A stretch of DNA of 64,000 bases from Glaucostegus cemiculus (lineage: Eukaryota). Below, piece by piece: positions 35,190-49,000 of the stretch (the first letter of the stretch is position 1; the number at the start of each line of letters is the position of its first letter). The position numbers were made by a program, and so were the translations under genes. The DNA is taken from assembly GCA_976551045.1 (NCBI GenBank), contig CDPCPM010000050.1, forward strand, positions 20,398,001-20,462,000. The letters are read 5' to 3'. The notes beneath the pieces were generated by a model. That model was not told the origin of the DNA. It was given only the letters and a program-made list of their open reading frames with translations, and made no database searches.

Positions 35190-36560
35190 TACCCAAATGC
35201 AACAATATATTTATATGGCAAATTAGCATGGCAAAACATTCTAAGGAAGGGTAGCAAACTAAAAGTAATACTCAGCATTTAAAAATAAAGGGACTACTCA
35301 GAAGAGGAGAGTTAAGGTGGAATTCCTGAACTTTGGCCACTGAAGGCATGGTTGTCACTGGTGGCATGGTTAAATTTGGAAAGGCTGGAGAGGCTCAGTT
35401 TGGAGGAGTGCTGATATTTTGGGTTGGATGGGATTATGAGGCCAAAGAAGTTTACACAATAAGGGACAAAGCTGTGGAGGAATTTGAAAACAAGGGCATG
35501 AAATTTAAAATCAATGTTTTGCGTAACCTGAAGCCAGTGTAGATAAGCAAGACAGAGGCTTGCAAGCAAGAGATGAGCAAATGGTGTGGATTACAATACA
35601 GTCAGTAGAGTTTTGGGTGAGAATATTAACAAGGACTGGAATGAGTGAAACCATCCTGGATAATGTTGGGAACATTAAGTCTGCAGAAAACAAAGGTCAG
35701 ATTCTCAACACAGAGTCAGATGGTGTTATGGAGGTGGAAGTAGAGGGGTCGACTGATGGCCCTGATGTGCGGTCCGACACACAGTCAGAATTAAATACGA
35801 CACCAAGGGCACAAACAGTCTGGTTAAATTTCAGGGCAGTTGCTAGGTTGAAGGATGGATCTGGTGGCTAGCAAATGACATTTGTGATGGGGCAGAAGAT
35901 GATGGCTCCTTTCTTTCCAGAAGTTAACTGCAGAAAGTTTCTCTTCATTGAGCACTGGATGGTTGACATCCAATATCAATGTAGACTTAGGAGCCATCAA
36001 GATAAGAGGTGTTCAGATGAAGTGAAGTCAGTGTACTATTGGAAACTGGTGCCACCTCGCTGGAGTATGTGCGTGAGAAATAGAAGGCGGCTGAGCTTTC
36101 ATTTCTGGGTGAGAAACAAAAAGATAATTCTGTGGCTTTGGGAAAAGAAGACTTTGTTGGTGATTCTCCACCCACAACTGGCCTATCTAAGTGAACAATG
36201 ATGGTAATACATCAAAGAAAGAAGATGTGATTAACCTCATCTTACGCTGAAGACTGGCTGAGAAGACCCAAGCGGGATATGTGACCAATGTCATTAGTGA
36301 ACAGAGACACTTTGGTATTATAGCAAAGCAGGGCACCTGATTGGAGGGATTCAAATAAGTTGTTCAGCGTACAATGGGCATGAATCTGGGAGGTTACAAT
36401 ATATTCAAGAACAATGGGAGGTTGGAAATAGGCTAGCAGTTTTCAAAGTGGCTGGACCAAAGGTTGTTCATTTCTGGGGAGAGGATTGATGATTATAGAA
36501 ATAACAGAACAAGGCAGCACCTCAGGAAAGTGAACTGCTGTCAATATCACCTAACCTGGG
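35190..36560 (-). mobile_element. Old L2-type LINE fragment
   Basis: Minus ORF 35312 LAYLHWLQVTQNIDFKFHALVFKFLH matches the L2 LHWLPVxxRIxFKxxxLxFKxLH motif. Confidence 0.7.
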
Positions 36561-37263
36561 ACATTGGAAGAGTGAACAGTATACACCTGTTACACTCTAA
36601 TCAAGTCTAAATCCCTCAGTACATCAGTCTTTGAAATACTCCTCATTCCCACCCTATGGTATCTTGATATGATTCCCATTCTTTGTAGAAGGCTTCGATC
36701 TACCTCAGAATCTGAAAGTATCATTCCAATGTGGCCTTCGCTCCTCATTGTAAAATTCTGATGTCATGTTTGTTCATGTTAATATAGCATGCCAATAAAC
36801 TTTGTAATTCTCAATGTGAAACCGATACACTATACATTTCCTGTTGGAAAAATTCAATATAAAAATCACTAAGCACTTTAAAAATATCTACATCCTTCAC
36901 TGTAACTTGTTGATGCATCTCTTCATGGAACATTCTAATCTATCTCCCATTTCACACTGCAACACTCTGACATATGACTCTGACACTCTGACACTCTAAC
37001 TATAACTCACTGATAAAGCACTCTAAAAGTCCAATGTACCCACTGCCCTCATTCATCATCCAATATACACCAAGCCCATCACACAAATACTCCAGCAAAA
37101 CTCTTGCAGGAAAGTTCCAGTGTATTCTTTGCAATAAACCATGGTAAATTCCATGGTATATTCCATGGTATCTTCTTATACCTCCTGCTTAATGAAGCAG
37201 TTTGAAAGTGAGTGGGCTTCAGCTGCACTCAGGTTGCTCATCTCACTTTCTCTCTTCACACAG

Positions 37264-37381
37264 GTTCCAATGGGCGAGTCGGAGTGATCGCTGCTGGGTC
37301 TCTGATACTGTTCCTGTTGCTCCTGCTCCTGCTGTTCCTGTGCTGTTACTGTCTCTGTCACAAGAAGAATCGGGGAAACGA
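37264..37381 (+). CDS. SCARF2: SCARF2 transmembrane exon (118 nt; phase 1/2)
   Basis: Acceptor tctcttcacacag, donor GA|gtgagt. Encodes SNGRVGVIAAGSLILFLLLLLLLFLCCYCLCHKKNRGN: hydrophobic helix, Cys cluster, basic stop-transfer residues. Confidence 0.94.
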
Positions 37382-37589
37382 GTGAGTACTCTGCTTATAC
37401 AGGGAGAGGTTCTGATTCATAGCCAAATATGCTCTGAATTTCTCAGCTCTTTTAAGGTCGGACTTCATCCCTGTTAGGGTCATGGATGTTTTCTCCTTCC
37501 ATAGAAATGACCTGAGGCAGACAGCTTCCAGTTCATTGATATAAAAGTGAACTCTCACTTCAGACTGTGGTCCAAATTGGCAGCAGGAT

Positions 37590-40245
37590 GATATAGATTA
37601 GGACATGAATATTGAAGGCTACATGACATTTTGGAAGGTTAGGAAGGAAGTAGGAGGTAGAGAGTGGCACTGTTAATTAAAAATGGTCTTTGTACAATAG
37701 ACAGGGATGACCTAAGTTCAGGAAACAAGGATGGAGAAGTGGGTTGTTGAAGGTAAGAAATAATAAAGGCAAGAAGTCACTGTGTCAATGGTAAACAAAC
37801 CACCGAATGATAAATACATGGTAGGACACAATATAAAGGAAGAAATAACAGGAACTTGTGAAAAAAGATATAGCAAAAGCTTTGGGTGATTTTATTCTAC
37901 GTAGAGGTTCATAAAATCAGATGAGCAAAGGTACTCTGGATGAGGAATTCCAGATGAAGAGTTGAAAGAGTGTTTTCAGGATTGTTTGTTAAAACAGCAC
38001 ATTCTGGCCAATCAGAAATCATGCAGTACTAGACCTGGTATTATACAAGAAGAAAGGATTATAATTAATGACTTCAGAGTGGAAGCATCCCTAAGTATTA
38101 TCAATCATAATATAATTGGATTTTACATTCTATACGAGGGAGAGAAGAATAGATACAAAAAGAGTAACTGAAGCTTAAATCAGGACAATTATGAGAGCAC
38201 AAAAGAAGAACCAGCTAAAGTGAACTGGCAAGTTAGTCAAGGGATCGATCAGCTGAGATGCAGTTGGAGATATTAAAGGGGATCTTTCAGAATACAAAGA
38301 ATAGATACATACAATGAAAGAGGAAAATACCATGGGAAGTATTTATCATCTGCAGTTAACTCAAAAATTTAAGGGTGGTATCAAACTTAAAGTAAAGCAT
38401 ATAATTGCAGAAAAATTGTGTCAGGTCAGAAGATTCGGCAGAATATTAAAAACAGCAAATGATGACATAAAGATTAAAAAAAAGGAAAAGATAGAATATG
38501 AGATAAAACTAGCTAGAAATGCAAGAGCTGATAATAAGAGTTTTTAATTATATTTCAAAAAGAACAAATTTAAAAAATGAGTTTTGTTCCCAAAGAAAGA
38601 GAGTCTGGGGAATTAATAATGGAAAATAAAGAGAGGGCAGGTGAACTAAAAAGTTACCTTGCATCAGTCTTTACTGTAGAAAATAAAAGTAACATCCCAG
38701 AAATAGCTAAAAATTGGGAATCAGGAGGGAAGAACTCAGGAAAATTACAATCATCAGGATAGTAGTACTGAACTAATTGTCAGAGCTTTGGGCTGAACAG
38801 TCCCTGGGACCTGATTGATTATATCCTGGAGTCTTAAAAGAAGTGGCAAGTGAGATAGTTGATGCGGGTATTTTAATTCACCAAATTTCCCAGATTTAGA
38901 TTCAGGGAAGTTTCTATTAGGTGGGACAATAATAAATATCACTCTTTTATTCAAAGGGGCAAGGAGACAAAAAGCAGAGAACTCTAGGTCAGTTGGCCAA
39001 ACATCTGTCATAGGAAAATGTTAAAAGAACATATGAAAAATGTCACAACGGGATAGTTAGAAAACTTCAAAATAATCAGGTTAATTCAACATGGTTTTGG
39101 GAAAGGGAAGTCATGTGTAATCAATTTAAATGAGTTTGTTGAAGAAGAAACATATTCTGTGGATAAAAGTGAACTAGTGGAAGTACTCTTCTTTAATTTC
39201 CAGAAGGCATTTGATAAGATGCCATATCAAAGGTATTTTGTGGAAGATAAATGCTCATGGTGTAAGTGATAAGAATGTGACTTGGACAGAAGATTGGCTG
39301 GCTAACAAGTAATAGAGTTGGCATAAATGTGGCTTTTTTGTTGGTTGGCAAGATTTATCGAGTGGTATGCCACCGGGATTGATGCTCAACTTTTCACAAT
39401 TTAGACAACTATTTTCAGTGAAGGCAGCAAAGTTATGGTTGATAACTTTGCTGGTTATGCTAAGCTCTGAAGAGGACATAAGGAGACTGCAAAAGGACGA
39501 TGAGAGATTGGATGTGTGAATCTGAAAAATAGAGTATAATATGGGAAAGTGGTCCATTTTGGCAAGAAAAAAAAATCCTTATATTATCTACTTGCATAAC
39601 TCTGGGATATAGAGTAATCTGTCTGGGTTCCCTGGTGCATGGTTCACAATAGGCTATTATGTAGGTACAGCAAGTAATTAAGAAAACTAACAGGATATAA
39701 TAATCTATTGTTTGAGGACCTGAACACAAAAGTAAGGAGGTTTAGTTTCAGTTACTTAGAGGATTGGTGAGAACATATCTGGACATCTGGAGGACTGTGA
39801 GGTGTTACTCTTATTTAAGGAAGGATGTTAATGTATTGGAAGTAGTACAGAGGAGGTTTGTTTGATTGATATCTAGAATGGGCAGATTACCTTAAGCAGG
39901 AAGGTTGAGCATATTGAGGGTTGTACCTGCTGGAGATTAGATGAGTGAGAGGGGTCTTGACATAGTGGGTGTGGATCAGATATTTCCTCTTTCTGGAAAA
40001 TCAAGAACTAGAGGACAATGGTTAAATATAGGGAGCCATCCATTCAAGACTGGGATGAGGTGATTTTTTTTTCCTCATTTTTGGTCATGAATCTTTGGAA
40101 CTCTCTTCCTCAAAGGGTGATGGAAGGATGTTCTTTGAATATAATTAAGGTAGAGTTAGACAAATTCTCAATAGGCAGAGGGATGGCAGAGCAGGTTTGA
40201 AGGACTGCGTAGCCTGCTTCTCCCCCTAATTTAGCTGTTTGTATG
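37590..40245 (+). mobile_element. Near-complete but dead CR1 ORF2 (APE endonuclease plus RT) filling most of the intron after the TM exon
   Basis: GDF motif at about 37884, ELKSYLASVFTVE (ORF 38577), QHGFGKGKSC at 39087, FQKAFDKMP at 39198, NLWNSLPQRV...KVELDKF (ORF 40018). Many stops and frameshifts. Confidence 0.88.
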
Positions 40246-40821
40246 TTCCTGTCTGCTGCCTCCCTTGCAATGAAATGCATGTGAACATCCAATGAGAGAA
40301 AAATTTGTCTCTGGCTGCTGACACTAAACCCAAAAGATACTGTTGCGCGATGGGTTCCACTGAAGTAAACAGAATCAAATGTGCCTAAGTAAGTACAATT
40401 GACAGCCAATAATTTGGCTCTTCTGAGCAAAGACAAATTTCTCCCCCAGTATTTCCAATATAATCAAAGATGGAAGGCTGTCCATTGTAGATAAATGTGC
40501 TGTATAGAAGTGGCAATGCAGTCTAGTCTGCCTTCAAAATCCATTCTGCCAAAGTTAATGGAGCTGAATTTTGGGGGGGTGGGGGGGAGGGTGTGTGAGA
40601 TACTGTTGCTACTCTTCAGCATGTTTTGAAATGCCAATTGGAGATGAGTTTCTCGGCACTATTTTATGGGTGTTATTATTGGTAGCAGATTCACCGTCTG
40701 GGTGGTGTACAGTGCAATATTGACCAGTTCCTTTGGAGCAGCAGGAACTGAGACCATGCATGAAGAGAGTTGTAGACTCAAAATGCCAGTATCTAACATT
40801 ACGTGTTTTCTCTCCTGCCAG

Positions 40822-40946
40822 TTCCAACCAAGTCATCACCGTCAGAGGCAAGCAGGCGCGGAGACGCCTGCGTGGCACAATCAGCCAGATCAGCACCAAG
40901 CTGCCCAGAATTCCTATTAAGCGGCAGAAATTCCCAAAGGTTGTAG
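40822..40946 (+). CDS. SCARF2: SCARF2 juxtamembrane cytoplasmic exon (125 nt; phase 2/1)
   Basis: Acceptor ttttctctcctgccag, donor G|gtgagc. Encodes SNQVITVRGKQARRRLRGTISQISTKLPRIPIKRQKFPKVV. Confidence 0.93.
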
Positions 40947-42171
40947 GTGAGCAGGTCCTTACAAGTGTATTGATGTTTACTTCACACAAATGGATATTTT
41001 ATTCGAGAAGGGAATAACTTGGAAATATTTAGGATCTGAATGAAAACAGGAGGTCGTGTGAATAACAAACAAAATACTGGTCAATATTTGAATGAGAAGT
41101 TGATAGATTAATGAGAAAGTGGCCTGGTATGGGACCTGTATCTCCAGGGTTTATTCATTGTTTATTTCAGATGCACTCTATACATTTTATGTTTTCATGA
41201 AATATTGTGGATGAATATTTTCTTTATGTAGCATGTATTATAAAAAGGCATTCAATTTCAATGCCCCCAAGGGGAACTCTTTTCCTTTAGTTATTTAAGT
41301 AAACAACATTCAAATGAAAGTGAGAATTTTTCCTAATAATGTAAGAGGCCCTGGTCAAGAAATTGCTTTATTACTTTGTATTGGTGTTAAAAGTATATCA
41401 TGGGTCACACTAAGGTAATGTGTGAAATCCCATGAAGACCAAGATTTTCAATTGTGAGGTTGAAGGGTAGGTGTAATTATGTTTTCCAGTGTAATGTCAT
41501 TTTTTTTTGCCAGTTTTAGTACAAGGTTACTTAGTTATTCTATTATAAATTCTCACAGCTGTCAACATTTAGCCTAGCAGTTGTGTTCTTGGCAGCCAGC
41601 TCTTAAAAGGTCATATCACAATACCAGCAGCAACTTCTAGCTGCAGGGGAGTGTTTCTACTTAATGAATGAATGCTGGGAAGGAGTTGGGAGAATCCTTC
41701 CTGAAGGAGATTAGGAACTGGTCAGGCAGGTAAAGAGCAAGGCCTGCAGGAGGCATGTCTTTAGTGCTCGGGGTCATGTAGACCCTCCATGGTTACTGCT
41801 GGAGGTTCCCAGCAGTGGGTGTTTAAAGTTGCAGAAGCTCACATTGAGGACAATGATTATAGTTTGTATGTTGGTCTTCAAATACCAGGGAAAATGGGGT
41901 TAGTAAGACCATATTATTCAATGAGGTAACAGGAGCTGCTATTTTTCAGACTAGTGAGCTAGAAAAAATACAAAATTAAAACACTGCTAAAGAACCAGGA
42001 ATCGGATTTCCCAACAGGCTCAAGAAATCCTGGAAATTTGTGCAGAATTGCTTTTCTTTCTGGGTTAAGCCAATTTTCAGTTGCACACCACTTTTGTTTT
42101 GGAACTGTACAAAAGAATGTCCAGGTTCCTTTCTTTTCTGGAGGCTCTCATATAACTCTCAAGCTAAGTAT

Positions 42172-42365
42172 TGAAATAAAAGAACTGAAAATGCTGGAAA
42201 CACTCGGCAGGTCAGGCAGTATCTGTAGAAAAAGAAGCAGAGTCAAAGACTCTTCATTAGGCCTGAAACATTAATTTGGTTTCTCTTTCCATGGATGCTG
42301 CTTGACCCACTGAAGGTTTCCAGCATTTTCTGTTCATATGTCAGACTTCCAGAATCTGCAGTTTC
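42172..42365. mobile_element. Inverted pair of Penelope-like terminal fragments
   Basis: gaaaatgctggaaacactcggcaggtcaggcag ... gatgctgcttgacc...ttccagcattttc. Same architecture as 5709-5858 but poorly paired. Confidence 0.7.
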
Positions 42366-42439
42366 CTTTTATTTTTATTTTTTAAGTTATCTACTAGTTC
42401 TGAGGCCTTTATATTTTGGTTGATTTACCTCCTGATTCT

Positions 42440-42930
42440 CTGGTGTTGTGTTACAGTGAAACTTCACACCCAAACAGTTCTTCCAATCTCTGCAACTTTG
42501 CTGCCTGTAAACTAACTCGCACTAGCCCATTCACCATCACATCATTACTCACTAATTTACATTGCATCCTGACTAGCCACCACCTTTCTTAATATTTTGC
42601 TTCCAAATCCTGCCATGACCTAACCAATTCCTGACGAATCTGTGTAATCGGCTCCAGCCCAGCAACTCTCTGAGACATCTACACTTCTGCCATTCTGGCT
42701 CATCGACATCCTAGCATTTTATCACAGCAACAGGGGCAGCCATGACTTCAGCTGCTAAATCTCTAAGGTCAAGAGTTCACTCTCAAACACCCCTTTCCAT
42801 TGATTTCTTTCTTCAAAATACTTATTCAAAACTATCTCTTTGGTCATCTGCCCTCATATCTCTATTTGTTGATAATACACCCATTTTAGAGGTGCATTAT
42901 ACATTCAAATTATTGTTGTTTTATACTCCA
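42440..42930 (+). mobile_element. Old L2-type 3' fragment
   Basis: cccattcacc...tttacattg...ttccaaatcctgccatgacc...gccatgacttcagctg, which mirrors the minus L2 at 35190. Confidence 0.45.
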
Positions 42931-43604
42931 CTGATACTATCATGTTCATATATGGCATTGAATTGAGATCAGGAATGGACCAATTAATGAACATGCCAGA
43001 AATTAGTTGTACTTCATATTCACTTTTCAGCTGTTGCATTGGTTCCAATTTTAAACAGCCTGTTTTTAGTTACATAACCCAGGGTTATTTTATTGGAAAC
43101 TGCTGTGTTAAATATTTTAAATCAAAACCCTCCCAGGAACTAAATTAAAAGTAAACATTCTTGCAGCTTTGTTTAAATATACAAAGCTGTAAGTTATGCA
43201 AATCAAACTAACCCTTGAAATTTTTGATGTAGATATCAAGTCCGGGTTTAAAATTAAAGCTCTATTTGAAAACAACCTGACTACAACAGTCCCAAGCTGG
43301 GTGATGCATACAGTTTTCCATACCCTGAAATGAGACACAAAATTGGCTGCACTCGGGCTCTGGCTGGGGAAATATGCACTGAAAGAAAGTAGAATCTTCG
43401 TATCGTTATTTATAGAACTGCTTGGTCAGAACTGAGTCAGAGTTTATCGATTTTTTGATACCTGATACGATCTTAACGGGACATATAAACCCCGATCCCA
43501 TTGGACTGAGTTTGGGGAGCCAGCTCCATTGTGATAAATACTTCACAATATGTACCTTTGGATGGATCTATCAAACTGGTCAGTGGGCAAGTGAGCAAAA
43601 GTAA

Positions 43605-46295
43605 TTATTTTTTTTTTTAATTTATTTTTTGGTATCTGTACATGACTGACAAGGCCAATGTTTATTGCCTGTGCTGAATTGTCCTTGAGAGAGTGGTGTT
43701 GAGCCACTTTCTTGAACCATGAAAGTTACTCTAGTGAAAGTACACCCACAGCACTGATGGGCAGGGATTTTCAGGATTTAGGACCAGCGGTGATTAAGTT
43801 CCTGCAACAGACTTCCAAGTCAGGATAGTGTGTGACTTCGAGGGGGTCCTGCAGATCATGATGCTGTGCCTGAAGTGTTTGTTTGTCTTAGCAGTAGAGG
43901 TCATGAGTTTGTGAGGTGCTGTCAGAGCAGCCCAGTGAGTAACTGCAGTGCATTTTGTAAAAACTGCACGCCAAAGCCACTGTATGTGGAGTGCTTAGGG
44001 TGATTGATGGGATACCAATCAAGAGGGTTGCTTTCTACTGCGTGATGTTGAGCTTCTTGAGTGATCTTGAAGATGCACTCATCCAGCCTAGTATTCCATC
44101 ACACTCCTGATTTGTACCTTTAGTGATGGAAAGGCTTTGGGTGATCGGAGGTGAGTCATTTATTGAAGGATATCCAGTGCCTGACCTGCCATGGACCTGC
44201 TCTATTTATATGGCTTCTCCAGTGAGTTTCTGATCAATAGCGATCCCCCAAGTTGTTGATGGCAGAGTGACAATGCCTTGGAATTTCAAGGTAGTTGGTC
44301 AGACTCTTTCTTGTTGAAGATGGATATTGCCTGGTACTTTGTGGCATGAATATTACTTGCCCCTCATCAATCAATGTATGATTGTTGTCTAGGTCTTGCA
44401 TGCAGGCATGGACTGCTTCATTTGCTAAAGAATTGTGAATGGAATTGAAGATTGTACAATCATAAGTAAGAATCCTTATTTCTGCCTTTATGATGGAAAG
44501 AAGGTCACTGATGACGTAGCTGAGGATGGTTGGACCTCAGACACTGCCCTGAGGAACTCCTACTGCAGTGATGACCTGGGAATGGGATTATTAATCTCCA
44601 CCATTTAGAGCCATTTTCCTTGGTGCAAAGTATAACTCCAACTAATACAGCATTTTCCCCTCAGTGCCCATTACCTACAGTTTTACCAGGATGCCTTGAT
44701 GCCACATTTGCTCAAGTACTGCCTTAATGTCATTGGCTGTCACTCTCACCTCTGGGATTGAACTCCTTGATTCACATTTGGATCAAAAGTGAGATGAGAT
44801 CCAGAGCCTACTGGTCCTGCCAAAACCCACAATGGGCAACAATAATTAGGTTATTGGTGAATAAATGCTGCCTGCTAGCACTGATGGTGATACCTTCCAT
44901 CAGGTTGCTGTTGTTTGGGATTAGATTGATTATATAGTCTTAGTTGTGGATGTTTAGAATGCATTGCCTGACAAGGTGGTGGAGGAAAATTCACTGGGGG
45001 CTTTTAAGAGAGGCTTCGATGGGCACATGAATGAGAGGAAAATGGAGGGATATGGGCAATCTGTAGATAGGAGGGATTAGCTATGTCGACACAACATTGT
45101 GGGCCGAATGGCTTGTTGTGTGCTGTACTGTTCTATGTTCTATAATAATTAGCTGGATCGAATTTGCCCTGCTTTTTGTGAACAGTATATACTTGGGAAA
45201 TTTTCCACATTGTCAGATGGATGTATTGTTGTAGGTGCACTGGAACAGCTTGGCTGGACACACAGTTAGTTCCGGAGTACTGGTGTTTGGTATTACAACT
45301 ATGGTGTTTTCTAGTCCCACAGCTTTTACTGTGGTCCAATGCTGTCAACCATTTCTTGATATCGCGTGGGGTAAATTGGATTGGTTGAAAAGTGGCTTAA
45401 GTGATGGTGAGGATCTTAGGAGGAAACCGAGATGGATGATCTGCTCAGCACTTCTGGTTGAACTTCAGCACTTACATGCTAGGACCCACCATCATCGAAG
45501 GTGGAGAGGCACTTTGAACTTTATTCTTCCATTAGCTGTCTAATTGTCCAGCACCATGCATTGCTAGATGTGGTGGGACTGCAGGGCTTTAGTTGTGAGC
45601 TTACTTAGCTTATCTATCGCACACTGTTTTTGCTGTTTGTGCATGTAGTTCTGCATTGCATCTTCACCAGGATAGAACCTCATATTTTGGTCTGCCTAGT
45701 GCTGATCCCTAAATGCCCTTCTGCACTTCTCATTGAAACAGAGTTAAACTGAAAGATTTGCTGGTCCATGAGGTTATGGATTGTGGTGGTACACAACTCT
45801 GCAGTTGCTGATGGTCCCCATGGCTGCCCAGTGTTGAGCTTCCAAGTCTATTCTGAGTCAATCCCATTTAGCATTATTATAATCCCACATAACATATAGA
45901 CGGATCTTCGATATGAAGACAGGGCTTTGACCCCACAAGGATGATGGTCACTTCTACCTATCCTAACATGAATGGATACATCTGCCATTGCTAGACTGGT
46001 GAGGATGATTCTAAGCAGGTTTATCCCTCATGTTGGTTCACTCACTACCTGCCACTGACCTTGGCAGCTATATCTTCATAACCCAGCCAGCTCAGTCTGT
46101 GATGCTGCTGTCAAACCACTTTTGGAAGTGGATTTTGAAGACCCCCATTAAGAGTACATTCTGTAGTCTTGCTTCTTTCAGTGTTTCTTCCAAGTGTCAT
46201 TCAGCATGGAGGAGCACTAATTCATCAGCTAAGGGAGGATGGTCAGTGGTAATCAGGGAGACATTCTTGCCTATGTTTGACCTGATGTCTTGAGA
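43605..46295 (-). mobile_element. ~2.7-kb dead CR1-group LINE (APE to 3' poly(A)), with a nested + strand CR1 tail at about 44940-45142
   Basis: T-run at 43605-43630 is the reversed A-tail. Minus-strand APE-like LITT..PPLADELVLLHAE..LEETL near 46190-46260. Nested insert gaatgcattgcctgacaaggtggtggagg...gtgctgtactgttctatgttcta. Confidence 0.75.
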
Positions 46296-46679
46296 CTTTT
46301 AAAACATTTAATACATGTATTTATTTCTTATTAAGCATTTTCTGCAGCAGTTTATTTCTCTGATAGTATTATTGTGTGTGCTCCAATCTGAACATGAAAG
46401 ACTGAGATTTTCCTTTATTTTATAAAAGATGTTGGAAATAATATCAATTGGAATATTTATTTCCATGGATAAAAAGCAGGGTTGCAACACGTTTGCAATT
46501 GTATCCTGAAGAGCCCTTAGCCAGAGGATGATGCCTTGTTATGTGTCAAAATAAGCTGGGCTATGTTCTATGAAGCTGACAGAAAGCAAAACACAATAGT
46601 GTGTTATTTGTCACAGTTACATCTGTTAGTGATCTGCAATTCAGTTGGTCTATTTTTATGTGCAGTCACTGAAACATTG

Positions 46680-47060
46680 AATTGTTATGCCGTAAATCAA
46701 AGCCATTCAGCCCTTTTAAGCCTGTACCAGCTTCTCGTGGAGAAACCCCAACAGTCACACTCCCTTGTTCTTTCCCCATAATCATGCAAAGTCCTCTTTC
46801 TTGTCTGCCTCCAATTCCCTTTCTGAAAGCCCTGCAAAATTCTATTTCTGTCACCCCTCGGACAGTGGATTGCTGATGACTACTCTGTAAAATAAGTTTT
46901 TCCTCACTTATCCATTGTGTTTTCCAACCAGATTTTTGAATCTATTATCTTTAGTCCCTGAACAATCCATTCATGAGAATACCTTCCCTCTATCGCCCCT
47001 GTTTAAACCAGTAACCTGCTAACCATTATCAAATCTCCTCTCAACCTTCTTTGCTGTAAG
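46680..47060 (-). mobile_element. Old CR1 3' fragment
   Basis: gccattcagccc...ctcaaccttctttgctgtaag, reversed CR1 tail architecture. Confidence 0.5.
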
Positions 47061-49000
47061 AAGACACTCAACATCAAAGAAAGCAACAGTCATTTTAAGA
47101 GCCTCTTAAGAAAACCTGGTGTGGAAGTGACCTTTGGTAGCTAGCATCAGATATGATTTTGTGAATATGTACTTACTTTTGCGCACTCTATCGATTTCTG
47201 AGGTGTGCATAAGACTTTAAATTTTCCGGCTTCAATGTGGGGGTGCATGAGTGTCCTTAATGTTATATGATAAATGTGGGCACACACATCTCATGCCTTT
47301 TTTAGATACTTAGTGGGAAGGCCAATGCTTCTGCTTGACTACGTTGTGTCTGCCCAGTTGATTTCAATGCAACTGACTGTCCAGAGATGAGAACGACCAG
47401 CGATCGTTACTCCGTGCAAGCATTTGGTGTTGGCAATCAAAGATGATTTTCCACAAAGCCACATGAGCTACAGAGGGAAAGCTCATATAAAATGAACATA
47501 ACTATTGTACCTTGTCTCACAGTATTAGCAATAGTGACTTGTGTTTATATATGACTTGAGTATAACTATACCCAGATATAAATGGTTGTGATAAACAAAG
47601 GTAATAAGAGGAAGGGTGACCAATATTTTGGTTCTATAAAGCCTAAAGCAGAGACAAGTAATGTAGGCCAATTGGACTCTGCCAGTACTTAAATTTCCCA
47701 AAGGTTGCTCTATCTCTAAGGCGGTCAGCCTATCAAGAGGGAGTCTGAGTGATGAACTTAAAGATGGACAGGATGGTAGTGTAATCAAAACCTGATTGGT
47801 CTCCACCTACATAACCCACTAACTGGTCATTAGCAAATTCGGTACCAGTCATCAGGCACACTTGAGTGCAGTGATGGCTTTATTGCTGCATCTGGTCCAT
47901 TATTAGCAGCTCTGAAGCTCCTGTTAGTCTCTCTGCTGACAGAGAGTCAGGGCTCGATTTCATCTCAGCAGCCTGGCAGCCTGCCTGAAATATTATTTTC
48001 TTTCCTGCATCAGTTGGTGTGTATTAGGGAGGTAGATGTGGAAGCCATGATTAGCAGATCCACCATAATCACCTGCAGCTGCTGCTGCAGCTAATGAAAT
48101 AACCACATCAAAGCTGGACACCACTGAAACTCCAAAGGTTAGGAATTCTTCACATGTTCCTGAGGCATTACCATGGTGTTACATCCATGTTAGTAAACAG
48201 TTTAGTTAGCTCCCCGCTACTTCACAATGCAGAATGCCTTTTAGTTAGTCAGCATGAAGATGGCACAGAGTACACAAGGCACTGCAGGAACTAAAGACTG
48301 GAAGAAGAGGGAATTTATCCTTAGCTGGAAACTGTGCAGCAGAGAGATAATTTTCAATTCTTTTGTGTGAAGCAGGTGTGTTCATTAAACCTGGTACTGA
48401 AGCCAGGAGAACCATTGGGAATGATAAACAGAACCTCTCTCATCTCCTTCACTTCCCCCTCAGCACACTATTACTGCAGAAGAACCGCACAAATGCGTCA
48501 TCCACAATGTCGTACATGGGTTTGTGCTGCACACATGAGATGGTCAGCAGTCTGTGGTGCATCACCACAGTCCCGTATTGGCCTGTCCTTTGAACTAATC
48601 TTGAAAGCAGTGGCATTAAAGCATCCAGCTCCAGATCAAATCCTCTTAAATTTAATCAATTTGGGGGAGCTTATCCCAAATGGACATGGAATTGGGCTGC
48701 TTCTGAACTACCTGAGATGAGAATCAGTCTCACCCACTCTTTGTGCTGTGGTTCGAGTGTCTGTGTGGTACCACCCCAACCTTTACATTGTGGCAACCTT
48801 TACACTGTGACTATCACTGACGCAACACGAAGAGAACAGGAGGCAGAAGTGCAATCTGGTTGATACTGAGCAAGAAGTCTACACTCACTAACTCTAAACA
48901 TGCTGTCTGCCACTGCTTTACTGAAGTGCTGGACTGTCCTTCTGTGAAGGTATCCAGTGTTCCTTTGGTAGAATAAGTATGCAGAATACTGATTACCATT

